A stretch of DNA of 64,000 nucleotides from an uncultured archaeon (lineage in GTDB: Archaea > Asgardarchaeota > Thorarchaeia > Thorarchaeales > Thorarchaeaceae). The DNA lies in the NCBI GenBank assembly GCA_964558645.1, contig CAZLEV010000010.1, positions 68,623 to 132,622 on the forward strand, read 5' to 3'. Below the pieces are notes generated by a model, which saw only the letters and a program-made list of their open reading frames with translations, did not search any database and was not told the origin of the DNA. This document shows positions 1 to 8,193 of this stretch, piece by piece. How positions within the stretch are numbered: position 1 is the first letter of the stretch; each line of letters opens with the position of its first letter. The position numbers and the translations under genes are program-made.

Positions 1-9
1 ATACTCCTA

Positions 10-816
10 GTGCAAGACACCTCGATACGACAATACCTGGATGTCGCTTTTCTCGGTATATTGCTACCATCGAGTAACCTCAAACGTTCTCCATCAATCG
101 GCTACGACTGGAAAAAGTCGGAGGCCCTCGAAGACGATCTCCCCATAAAACTCTTCGAGAACTCGATTCATCAAATTGTAGTCGACCTTGACTATGTACG
201 CAGCAACTATGATATTCATATTCCCTGTCACATCTACACTGCCGACTCCAAAGAACTGGACCTCTCCAATGACTATGTCTTCGATGCAGTTGTGACCTCT
301 CCACCGTATCTCAACTCGTTTGACTATGCGGGCAACTACAAGCTCGAGATCGGATGGCTTGATGACGCATCATCGACGAAGGACCTGAGACATCTTCGTG
401 ACAGGATGATACTCTGTGACAATGTTTCTCGGCGCATGATCCGCGACTACAATCAGAAACCAAGACTCTTTGACCACGAATGGTTGGACTCCATCATGTC
501 GGCCGTGAAACCCCGAATGGCCGAACGGGTGGGAATCAGGCGGACAGACTATCCGACTCTACTGCGCAAGTACTTCGAAGATATATTCCTCGTTCTTCAG
601 AAAGTCTTTGCTGCAATGCGGGAGGACGGCAGGGTGGCATGGGTTGTTGGGGACTCGTTAATCCTAGACGTCTATATTCCAACGGATCTTCTCACTCTGG
701 AGATTGCACAGATAGTTGGCTTTACGCCAATGGGAATGGAGGTTGGGCGAGTCAGACGCTCCGGAATCAGAAGGAGTTTCAAACTAAGGGAGACCGTATT
801 GTATTTCAAGAAATAA
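10..816 (+). CDS. Amino (N4C/N6A) DNA methyltransferase, probably 5'-truncated by the window edge
   Basis: Motif IV VVTSPPY followed by YxxxY; C-terminal VVGDS...PTD...RETVL pattern typical of this family. Confidence 0.75.
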   Translation: MQDTSIRQYLDVAFLGILLPSSNLKRSPSIGYDWKKSEALEDDLPIKLFENSIHQIVVDLDYVRSNYDIHIPCHIYTADSKELDLSNDYVFDAVVTSPPYLNSFDYAGNYKLEIGWLDDASSTKDLRHLRDRMILCDNVSRRMIRDYNQKPRLFDHEWLDSIMSAVKPRMAERVGIRRTDYPTLLRKYFEDIFLVLQKVFAAMREDGRVAWVVGDSLILDVYIPTDLLTLEIAQIVGFTPMGMEVGRVRRSGIRRSFKLRETVLYFKK

Positions 817-830
817 TTGGAAGTTGTGCT

Positions 831-998
831 ATGCCAGTCTGGAAAGAAGCAGATCGTGATGACGACGGATTCCCCCACACTGATGCAGGGAAGATGACCC
901 TCAAAGAGCGTACAGAGTACCTCCTTGACGAGATTATGGCTCTACACAATCGCATTGCCTCAATCGAGAATACTCTTGAACGACTGATCTCGGAATGA
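831..998 (+). CDS. Small hypothetical protein (55 aa) with a coiled-coil C-terminus
   Basis: ATG at 831 just after the MTase stop; MPVWKEAD...LERLISE; C-terminal part of track ORF 480..998. Confidence 0.5.
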   Translation: MPVWKEADRDDDGFPHTDAGKMTLKERTEYLLDEIMALHNRIASIENTLERLISE

Positions 999-1011
999 GG
1001 CCGTTTCCGGT

Positions 1012-1893
1012 CTACACTGTGGCTGGCTGGGGTAAAGATTTCTCTGTGCCAATCTTGGGAGCCTCTCGAGTTCGTGAGTCGTAGATGAAGTATGCCCCGA
1101 GAACTCCAAGGAACGAAACATATCCAACTATCTCCAATGCCGACGGGTTCCCGTTGTACCCGAACAGCGCCTTGGCAAGACCACCGATGAGTCCATTATC
1201 ATGCAACAGGGGATACGAACCATCCGATAAGAGCGGTGGGTTGATGTTCCACACTTCCACGGGTCCCACTAGAAGATATCCTGCCTCCTGTAGTTCATGA
1301 ATGCCATAAGCAACCATACCCGCAGCAAACAGGATCAGGAAGAATGAGGTCCATTTGAAGAAGGTCGTCATGCTTATTCTTAGTGATCCTCTGTAGATTC
1401 CAAAGCCAATCACGACGGCAAGAGCGAGGCCAAGCACCACTCCTAGATAGGTCTGGAGCGGGTCCTGTACTGCAAGGGCAACCGTGAAGAGGGCTAGTTC
1501 CACGCCTTCTCTCAGAATCAGTGCAAAGCTCAGCGAGGCTAGTCCTAGCGCACCGCCTATCACAATCTTCTCATCCATTGAGTGACGAATCTCTGATGCA
1601 AGTTTATGCCCCACGGAACGCATCCAGACAATCATCGTAGTCAACAAGAGTGCAGCGACAATGACCATCACTCCCTCGAAAAGCGCAAGAATCTCTCCCT
1701 CCAATACGCCGTAGACACCAGCCAAGACAGCTGCAACACCAATGCTGGCCAGCATTGCCAATACGCTGCCATAGATCACGTACTTCTTCAGGGACTCCTG
1801 CTGTGTCTTGATGAGATAGGAGAGCATGATTGATATTATCAGCGCTGCTTCAATCCCTTCTCTCAGGGAGATGATTATCGGTCCCACAAACAT
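1012..1893 (-). CDS. FTR1/EfeU-family iron permease
   Basis: Two REGxE motifs (LREGIE, LREGVE) and about 7 TM segments; start re-assigned to MFVGP. Confidence 0.9.
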   Translation of the reverse strand: MFVGPIIISLREGIEAALIISIMLSYLIKTQQESLKKYVIYGSVLAMLASIGVAAVLAGVYGVLEGEILALFEGVMVIVAALLLTTMIVWMRSVGHKLASEIRHSMDEKIVIGGALGLASLSFALILREGVELALFTVALAVQDPLQTYLGVVLGLALAVVIGFGIYRGSLRISMTTFFKWTSFFLILFAAGMVAYGIHELQEAGYLLVGPVEVWNINPPLLSDGSYPLLHDNGLIGGLAKALFGYNGNPSALEIVGYVSFLGVLGAYFIYDSRTREAPKIGTEKSLPQPATV

Positions 1894-1980
1894 CTGCATC
1901 ACCGTAGACGGATAAACTATAGTTAATATCATTGTGCATATATGCAATACCCCGTTCCTTCATTGGAGGCGTCCGCAGCG

Positions 1981-2688
1981 ATGAACAAGGACGAGCTTCT
2001 TGGGTTGGCCAATACCGAACTGGCACGGGCCGCAAATATGGAAAAGACTGATGCTCATGAAATCGACTGGGCGAAGACCAAGATTAGAACCCCTGAAGTC
2101 AGAACGGCAACAAGTGCCCTTCTAAAGCGGCTCCGTTCACAGGGTATTCAGGATATCGACGAGATCTTCCGGCTCTGTGAGTTTCTTCTCTCCACAGGAA
2201 CCTGGCCACACCGCACCATGGCGTTTCAGTGGAGCTTCAGTTTCAAGAAGCAATTTGAATCGAGGCATTTCCCCATATTGGAGCACTGGGTCAATGACTA
2301 TGTCACTGGTTGGGGAAGTTGTGACGATCTGTGTACCCACTCACTGGGATTCTTCCTCCTCACCTTTCCCGAATTCATGCCGGCTGTCGTTGTGTGGACG
2401 AAGTCACCTCAGACCTATGTTCGCAGGGCCTCAGCTGTCGTTCTCATCTATGGACTCCGAAGAGGTAAGTTCTTAGAACATGTGTTCCAAATCGCGGACC
2501 CTCTTCTGCACGATTCAGAAGATCATGTTCTCAAGGGCTATGGTTGGATGCTCAAGGAGGCCACCCAGCACTTCCCGAACGAGGTCTTCCAGTACGTGAT
2601 GGCACACAAGGATGAGATGCCACGGGTCTCCCTCCGCTATGCCATCGAGAAACTACCTCCGGAGATGAAGAAGAAGGCTATGGCTTGA
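1981..2688 (+). CDS. AlkD-like DNA alkylation repair protein (HEAT repeats)
   Basis: WGSCDDLC, RRAS, KGYGWMLKE and LRYAIEK motifs. Confidence 0.85.
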   Translation: MNKDELLGLANTELARAANMEKTDAHEIDWAKTKIRTPEVRTATSALLKRLRSQGIQDIDEIFRLCEFLLSTGTWPHRTMAFQWSFSFKKQFESRHFPILEHWVNDYVTGWGSCDDLCTHSLGFFLLTFPEFMPAVVVWTKSPQTYVRRASAVVLIYGLRRGKFLEHVFQIADPLLHDSEDHVLKGYGWMLKEATQHFPNEVFQYVMAHKDEMPRVSLRYAIEKLPPEMKKKAMA

Positions 2689-2712
2689 TCTCGACTGCTA
2701 CCCAAGTCTAGA

Positions 2713-2850
2713 ATGAAAACACCCCTTCAAGAAACACCCCTTGCACAAACGACACTCACCATTCGAGTCTTGCATTGGCAAGCGGCAAAACATCTCTATG
2801 ACCGACTGGGCTTCGAGGTCCGCGCCTATGCCATGAAAAAGCGACTATAG
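2713..2850 (+). pseudogene. C-terminal remnant of a GNAT acetyltransferase
   Basis: Hand translation MKTPLQ...AAKHLYDRLGFEVRAYAMKKRL contains the GNAT A-x-x-L-Y-x-x-L-G-F motif; the rest of the fold is missing. Confidence 0.45.
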
Positions 2851-2953
2851 TCTCTGCAGCCATATCCGGTTCGGCCGGACCTTCTGACTCTCCATGTGGA
2901 ACCAGTTGGCCTCGGCTGCGAACTCGCTCTCTTGAGATGGAGCAGTTCGTCCT

Positions 2954-4294
2954 CTACCCATCCTCTCCTTTATCACCGACCCCTCTCAGAACACCGGAGA
3001 GGATTCCAGCGATGACCAGTAGGAAACCTCCAAGGAGCGTAAAATCAACAAGTGACAATCCTTGGGTCAAGAGCCATCCCCCTGCACCTGATCCCAAGGC
3101 AAAGCCGATGATGCCCAACGTCTGAAGCACCGAGACAATCTCGTCGGAACCGGAGGCATGCAGATGTTCGTGTTCATGACTAGAAATTACGAAGGGGAAC
3201 CCAGCGGTGCGCCCTAAGAAATGGTGCCTATGTGAATGACTGATTGTCTGGTTGGATGCTAGCTCCATAGCAGCGTCATTTCTTGCGGGCTCCAAGAAAC
3301 CCTCTGAGAGCCCCGCACCTGCCAACAGTGATGTGAGAACCAAGAAGGAGGCGGCATATGGATAGGCAATCACGATGAGCCCCTTGGCGACAAGACTCAA
3401 CACCAGAGGGGCTCTATTACCCGTTCTGTCAACGAGTCTTCCAGTGTAGAGCTGAGAAACCCCCCAAATAGCATCCCCAATCAGGTATCCCAGTCCAATC
3501 TGTCCTATGGGTACGCCATTATTGTTAATCAGAACTGAGAGTCCGGGTGTATAGATACCATGCGAGAAATCATACAGAACATAGACAATCACGAGCACAG
3601 CTAGTCCCTTTGACTTCACTGAGCGCAACAGCAATCTGATATGACTATGACCATGGTTTCCCTCACGATCCCTCTGGGAATAGATATCGATTCCACTGAT
3701 AGATGGTATCAGCACCATCATGCACAGCACAAACCCCACCGATGTCAAGACCCCGAGGAACATGATGGCCTCTGCCTGGGTCAGCGAGAGAAGCGTTTCA
3801 ATCTGTCCGATGATTGCTCCTGCGGAGCCTTGGCCTAGGGCAGAGCCCAGGAACACAGCTGCCAGAAGAGTGCCTACGGATTCACCACGGGACTCTTCAA
3901 ACCCTGATGAGACCCGAATGATGATGATGGTCAATAGCCCTGTTGCAGCGCCCTCTGCAATCCTTGAGAGAAGAAGGGGTTCCATTGTGGATGAGAAGCC
4001 TGTGGCAAGAATGAAGACTGCCAATAAGGCGCCGCTCACTCCCAGGCCCACCCGGTGCCTCGAGAATATCCTGGCCAGCACAATCAAGCCCAGTACTTGT
4101 CCGAGGGAAGACAACGAGCTTCCCCAGGCTATGATTGTTTCCGTTCCTCCGAGATTGAGTATCTGAAACGGAAAGAGGAACCTCAGAAGGCCTGCCACAA
4201 ACCCGAAAGAGAAGATCAGGATGAATGCCCTGCGGATGATCGGTTCTCTCAGAACTAGCCAATCGCTCTCATTGACAGTGCCGTCCATCTTCAA
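2954..4294 (-). CDS. MFS transporter with His-rich loops
   Basis: About 12 TM segments; MFS motif A (GRLVDRTGNR); HGHSH, HSHRHH and HEHEHLH tracts. Confidence 0.8.
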   Translation of the reverse strand: MKMDGTVNESDWLVLREPIIRRAFILIFSFGFVAGLLRFLFPFQILNLGGTETIIAWGSSLSSLGQVLGLIVLARIFSRHRVGLGVSGALLAVFILATGFSSTMEPLLLSRIAEGAATGLLTIIIIRVSSGFEESRGESVGTLLAAVFLGSALGQGSAGAIIGQIETLLSLTQAEAIMFLGVLTSVGFVLCMMVLIPSISGIDIYSQRDREGNHGHSHIRLLLRSVKSKGLAVLVIVYVLYDFSHGIYTPGLSVLINNNGVPIGQIGLGYLIGDAIWGVSQLYTGRLVDRTGNRAPLVLSLVAKGLIVIAYPYAASFLVLTSLLAGAGLSEGFLEPARNDAAMELASNQTISHSHRHHFLGRTAGFPFVISSHEHEHLHASGSDEIVSVLQTLGIIGFALGSGAGGWLLTQGLSLVDFTLLGGFLLVIAGILSGVLRGVGDKGEDG

Positions 4295-4433
4295 TTCCGC
4301 CCAGAATGTAGATGCCCCTCTCCCTTAGTTCCCTGATAATCCATTCCATAGGGCGGTCACTAGCGGGTGTTGTAGTCATGCGGCTCGTCATGTCGTATTG
4401 CAACTTCATCGTTCCAGCGAGGTCGGCTGCTGC
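4269..4433 (-). pseudogene. Degenerate mvhD fragment
   Basis: 4387-4433 is 43/47 identical to 6108-6154 of the intact mvhD (AADLAGTMKLQYD), then diverges; conserved Cys residues are lost. Confidence 0.65.
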
Positions 4434-4670
4434 CTGTCGCAACCTATCGAGAGTTTCGGAAGGTTATAGGCTTCGTTCAGCGGAGAGAGGCCAGTGGACT
4501 CTATTTCGTTCCCAGAGATAGCAAGAGCCTCTGAAAGATGCGTTCTAACAACCCAACAAAAGCATGAACAAATCCATCATCCAAACCAGTGATTGATCTT
4601 GCAGAGAGGCTACGAGAATGTCACGAGGAACGTTTCTCAGAGAGTTAAATAGGTGCGATGAATTAGCCCG

Positions 4671-5582
4671 ATGTTGTTGAATCGGATGAAATCAAAGACA
4701 ACTCTCACAGTCACATACCCCATTGTATCTGCACTCCTGAAAGCTGACGAGTTCTTAGGCTCCAAGTCTCAGGGATTCTCGCATGTCAACGAGATGCAGA
4801 AGAGGTTCTTGGAGGAGTTCTATCAGGTGAGTAGAAGTGACCTCTCACGATTCTCTCATGATGAGATTGAGAGCATTGCCTCCGCGAAGAGTGATGACAT
4901 AAACAGATGGCTTGAGAAGCGGGGATTCAGCATCAAGCTCGACCCCTTCGATGAGGATGGATTTGGCGTGGCGAGCATGCTAAGCATTCGTGGGGACTGG
5001 GCAAAGAAGGGAACCAGGTATTCAGTGAAGACCGAGGACGGAGAATACTTCCCCGGGGTGATGATGACCAACTACGGTCTTGGATATTACCGTGTACCGG
5101 AATCCAACCATATGATCATTGAAATCGAAACACGGAACGGGGACCGGGTATACCTCATGATGGTCGAGCCAGGACCCACAGACCTGGACCTTGTCGAGCA
5201 GGTGGAAACCATCCAGAGCAAGATGAAGCCGGTTGAATCAGAATACAGTGGTGTGGTGTTTCCAAAGGTAGATCTCGATATGAGAGGTGAAATTCACTGG
5301 ATTCTCCATCTGCGGCTTCAGGTACAGGGTGAGCCCCTTCCGTACTATCAGATTGTCCAAGCGCTACAACAGACGAAACTGAAGATGAATGAGATTGGAT
5401 TCCATGTCAAGAGTGCCGTGGCTATGGGGGAAATACTCTCCGCCCCGCCGAAGAAGAAGGAACCCTATATGATTAACAGACCGTTCCTGATGTGGATCAA
5501 GAGACCCCAGTTTGCTAAACCCCTCTTTGTGGGATATCTCGACAAGGATGTTTGGAAGGATCCAGAGGATCTGGAAATGTAG
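4671..5582 (+). CDS. Serpin-like protein (short, atypical hinge)
   Basis: INRW, GDW, FPKVDL, KMNEIG and the C-terminal serpin signature INRPFLMWI. Confidence 0.65.
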   Translation: MLLNRMKSKTTLTVTYPIVSALLKADEFLGSKSQGFSHVNEMQKRFLEEFYQVSRSDLSRFSHDEIESIASAKSDDINRWLEKRGFSIKLDPFDEDGFGVASMLSIRGDWAKKGTRYSVKTEDGEYFPGVMMTNYGLGYYRVPESNHMIIEIETRNGDRVYLMMVEPGPTDLDLVEQVETIQSKMKPVESEYSGVVFPKVDLDMRGEIHWILHLRLQVQGEPLPYYQIVQALQQTKLKMNEIGFHVKSAVAMGEILSAPPKKKEPYMINRPFLMWIKRPQFAKPLFVGYLDKDVWKDPEDLEM

Positions 5583-5704
5583 CGTTTTCTGATTCAGCCG
5601 GGGCAAATACACGCTTTCCAGTAATTCCGAGTATTCGGCTGGAGTGCAACTCAGTCAGATCCAGTATTACTTCCTAGCCTCAGCCCTTTCTCTCCTGAAA
5701 CGAG

Positions 5705-5797
5705 CCAGACGCAATAACAGACCTGCTGATTCCTGTCTTGGCTGCGGTTTTGTTCTCCATCGCCCTCACCATCATGTGGAAGAGACGAAGGTCCTGA
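5705..5797 (+). pseudogene. Orphan C-terminal membrane anchor of a surface protein
   Basis: Reads PDAITDLLIPVLAAVLFSIALTIMWKRRRS* (TM helix plus basic tail); in-frame stop at 5696-5698 and no start codon upstream of the TM segment. Confidence 0.3.
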
Positions 5798-6208
5798 CTA
5801 CAATCTGATTGGATTCGGCCCGATCTTACGTATCTCCTCGGCGAACTTGTTGACCTCGGCTGCAAACTTGTCACCCTCGGCAGCGCTGACAAACACCATC
5901 TTCACCCGGTCCTCGTTCAGGCCCAGCTGTCCCACGAGCTTTCTCGCAAACCGCACCCGCCGTTCCGCCCCTAGGTTTCCTGTCTTGTAGGCACAGTCCC
6001 CGGGATGGCAGCCCACCACCAAGACGCCGTCCGCTCCCTCCTGCAGCGCCTTCAGGATGAAGTTGATGTCAAGGCGCGCGGTACATGGCATCCGGATGAT
6101 CCTCGAGGTCACATCGTATTGCAACTTCATCGTTCCCGCTAGGTCGGCTGCTGCGTACATACACTGCATACAGCCAAACGCGACGATTCGCATATCTTTC
6201 GGGGGCAT
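5798..6208 (-). CDS. mvhD: Methyl-viologen-reducing hydrogenase delta subunit (MvhD/FlpD, [2Fe-2S])
   Basis: FGCMQCMYAAAD, RMPCTAR, GADGVLVVGCHPGDCAY, VSAAEG. Confidence 0.92.
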   Translation of the reverse strand: MPPKDMRIVAFGCMQCMYAAADLAGTMKLQYDVTSRIIRMPCTARLDINFILKALQEGADGVLVVGCHPGDCAYKTGNLGAERRVRFARKLVGQLGLNEDRVKMVFVSAAEGDKFAAEVNKFAEEIRKIGPNPIRL

Positions 6209-6386
6209 AGGACATCAGGCACCTGCTATCTGTCTTGAAGAGTTGTTCCATTTGCGTGGCATATAACCTTTCAGATACTACGAGCTAAGTCTGTGTAGCC
6301 GTCATATCAGGCCCCCTCCTTGGAGAAGCAAGGCTAAGCCTCAGAATCCCTAATGGTCTTTCCGCAGCTATGGGTCTACTCACACG

Positions 6387-6700
6387 ACTGATTTCGGATG
6401 CATGCACCGACCTGTGTCTAGTCGCCAGAGAGTGAGTGAACTCCCTCGATGACCTTCAACTCCCGTGTTCCACCCCTCTCATGACTGCCGTCACCGGCGA
6501 GAGTCAGGACCTCTCCCGACCCCTGTACACGAGCATTGTCCAGCGTGTGGCTGGAAGTGGCTTCACTCCGCTGCAACCTGATGCCATGGCTGTCAGCTGC
6601 CTTGCGGGCGTCCATGGCGGCAGTCGGCTGTTCCACGGTTCTTTCCACGGCGGGGTCGGCAGCGCTCACAGAGTCCACAAGGGAGCTCTGCTCATAGCAC
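6387..6700 (-). ncRNA. Putative omega/reRNA overlapping the tnpB 3' end; scaffold ending ACAGGTCGG at 6407, candidate guide 6406-6387
   Basis: Low-complexity C-terminal tail of TnpB; hairpins GCCATGG/CCATGGC, AGGGAGT/ACTCTCT and CGACT/GGTCG; the terminal 9-mer recurs upstream of both tnpB copies. The 5' boundary is a guess. Confidence 0.55.
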
Positions 6701-8193
6701 TCAGCCGCGGACGATCCCGTCGGGCCTGACAGACCCTGAGACCGTTCGGACTTCACGTCAGAGGGACGCACCCTCCTTCGAGCCTTCAAGCCTGCCTGCT
6801 CCCGTTTGCGAGGGAACAACCAGCGCTCTAGTCCGTTCTCATCTCTCAATGAAGGGATGAGCCTGATCAATCGGCGCGCGATGTTGATGGCGCCGTTCTT
6901 GTCCGCATTGCATCGATAGCCACAGGTGTGACAGATGAACAGGGACTGCTTGGGTCTCACACCTTTGTGGCCGCATCGATGGCAGATGATGGAGGTCCAC
7001 GACTCCGGGACAGCAACGAGATGCGAGTCCTTGCCGGACACTCTCCAGCCTGCCTGGGCCAGGGAGTGCCTCAGGGCAAGGGTCACCCGTGAGAAGGACC
7101 AGCGGGCCACCATCTTCCGGAAGGACTTGGGACGCCTGCTGTTTCTGTTTGCAGACCTCCGGATGTGGGTCAGTCTGCCTATGGCAACATAGAGGTTGTA
7201 CTTCTTGGAGAGCTCGAGGATGTGATCGGTGAGCTCTCGCACAAGCACCCGGTCATGGTCACGGCTGATGTTGACACGGCGACGGCTCAGTTCTCTGAGT
7301 CTTTGCATGACCTCATCATAGTCACGGCCAGCATTCCTTCTCAAATTCATCTCGTGCTGCAGGGAGTCCACCATCTCATCATAGCGCTCGATCTGCTTCA
7401 CCTTCTCGGGCTGGGTGAAGTAGCGGATATACCTCACCCGTTCCCGTGTCAAGACAGCAGAGCAGACAGCCTTATCGATACCAAGGTCTATCCCGAGGAC
7501 AGCCGGGGGCTTCCCGGATATATCCACAGGTGGGAGCCCCAGTCGTACCGAGAAGATGATCCACCATCTCTTCTGTGAGTCCTTGAGAATCCTGAGGGAT
7601 GTGACCTCTCCCTCATCCAGCCTGTTCAGATGATAGGAGGAGGGGTTCAACGGAATCATGAGCCGGTCATGGACCCAGCTGTTTGTCCGTGCAGAGTCCA
7701 AGGAGTCAAGGAGGTCGAGCCAGTATTTGGTTTCCTGCTCAGGAGTGTAGACCAGCTTGAACCTACGATTGAACACGTACCTGGGAAGCTTCCGTTCTCG
7801 ATACCCCCGGGACTTCATCGGCATCTCCCCCTCAAGGGCAAGATAGCTGTTCCACATGGCCACCGCAACCTGCCGGCACTCCTGTAGCTCGTTCAATGAG
7901 ATGTTCGGGAAGCGCTCCTTGAAGTCATGGGGAACCGTCAACCTTCGCTTCGAGGGATCTTTGAACCGCTCAGCCGTCAGGGTCAGCTTCTCTAGCCTCC
8001 CCCCATTGATCCGTTTCTTCTTCTTGCCAAACAGCAGGTCCTTCTCGTGGTGGGCGATGACTCCAAGAAACGCCCGTATTACCCGGGTGTCTCTCCCCGT
8101 CATCCGTGAGAGGCGCTCTCGCTGTCTATCAGTCATGGCGTCCCACTTCACCGGGACCTTCACACTGATGACAACCCGCTCGGAGTTCGGCAC
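6418..8193 (-). CDS. tnpB: TnpB-family RNA-guided nuclease with a rearranged (Fanzor-like) RuvC site
   Basis: RuvC-I VLGIDLG (D236); RuvC-II position holds Gly (VAIG339RL) with an alternative Glu in VPE397SWTS; Zn finger CHRC...CHTC; RuvC-III NAD431KNGAINIA. Confidence 0.9.
   Translation of the reverse strand: MPNSERVVISVKVPVKWDAMTDRQRERLSRMTGRDTRVIRAFLGVIAHHEKDLLFGKKKKRINGGRLEKLTLTAERFKDPSKRRLTVPHDFKERFPNISLNELQECRQVAVAMWNSYLALEGEMPMKSRGYRERKLPRYVFNRRFKLVYTPEQETKYWLDLLDSLDSARTNSWVHDRLMIPLNPSSYHLNRLDEGEVTSLRILKDSQKRWWIIFSVRLGLPPVDISGKPPAVLGIDLGIDKAVCSAVLTRERVRYIRYFTQPEKVKQIERYDEMVDSLQHEMNLRRNAGRDYDEVMQRLRELSRRRVNISRDHDRVLVRELTDHILELSKKYNLYVAIGRLTHIRRSANRNSRRPKSFRKMVARWSFSRVTLALRHSLAQAGWRVSGKDSHLVAVPESWTSIICHRCGHKGVRPKQSLFICHTCGYRCNADKNGAINIARRLIRLIPSLRDENGLERWLFPRKREQAGLKARRRVRPSDVKSERSQGLSGPTGSSAAECYEQSSLVDSVSAADPAVERTVEQPTAAMDARKAADSHGIRLQRSEATSSHTLDNARVQGSGEVLTLAGDGSHERGGTRELKVIEGVHSLSGD

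Noticed and set aside
6210-6420. CRISPR array downstream of tnpB copy 1
   Set aside because: ACAGGTCGG is not repeated further downstream, and I saw no regularly spaced repeats anywhere in the window.
6418-8193. Nuclease-dead TnpB (TldR)
   Set aside because: The missing RuvC-II Glu is plausibly compensated by E397 in the ExxTS motif, and both Asp residues are intact.
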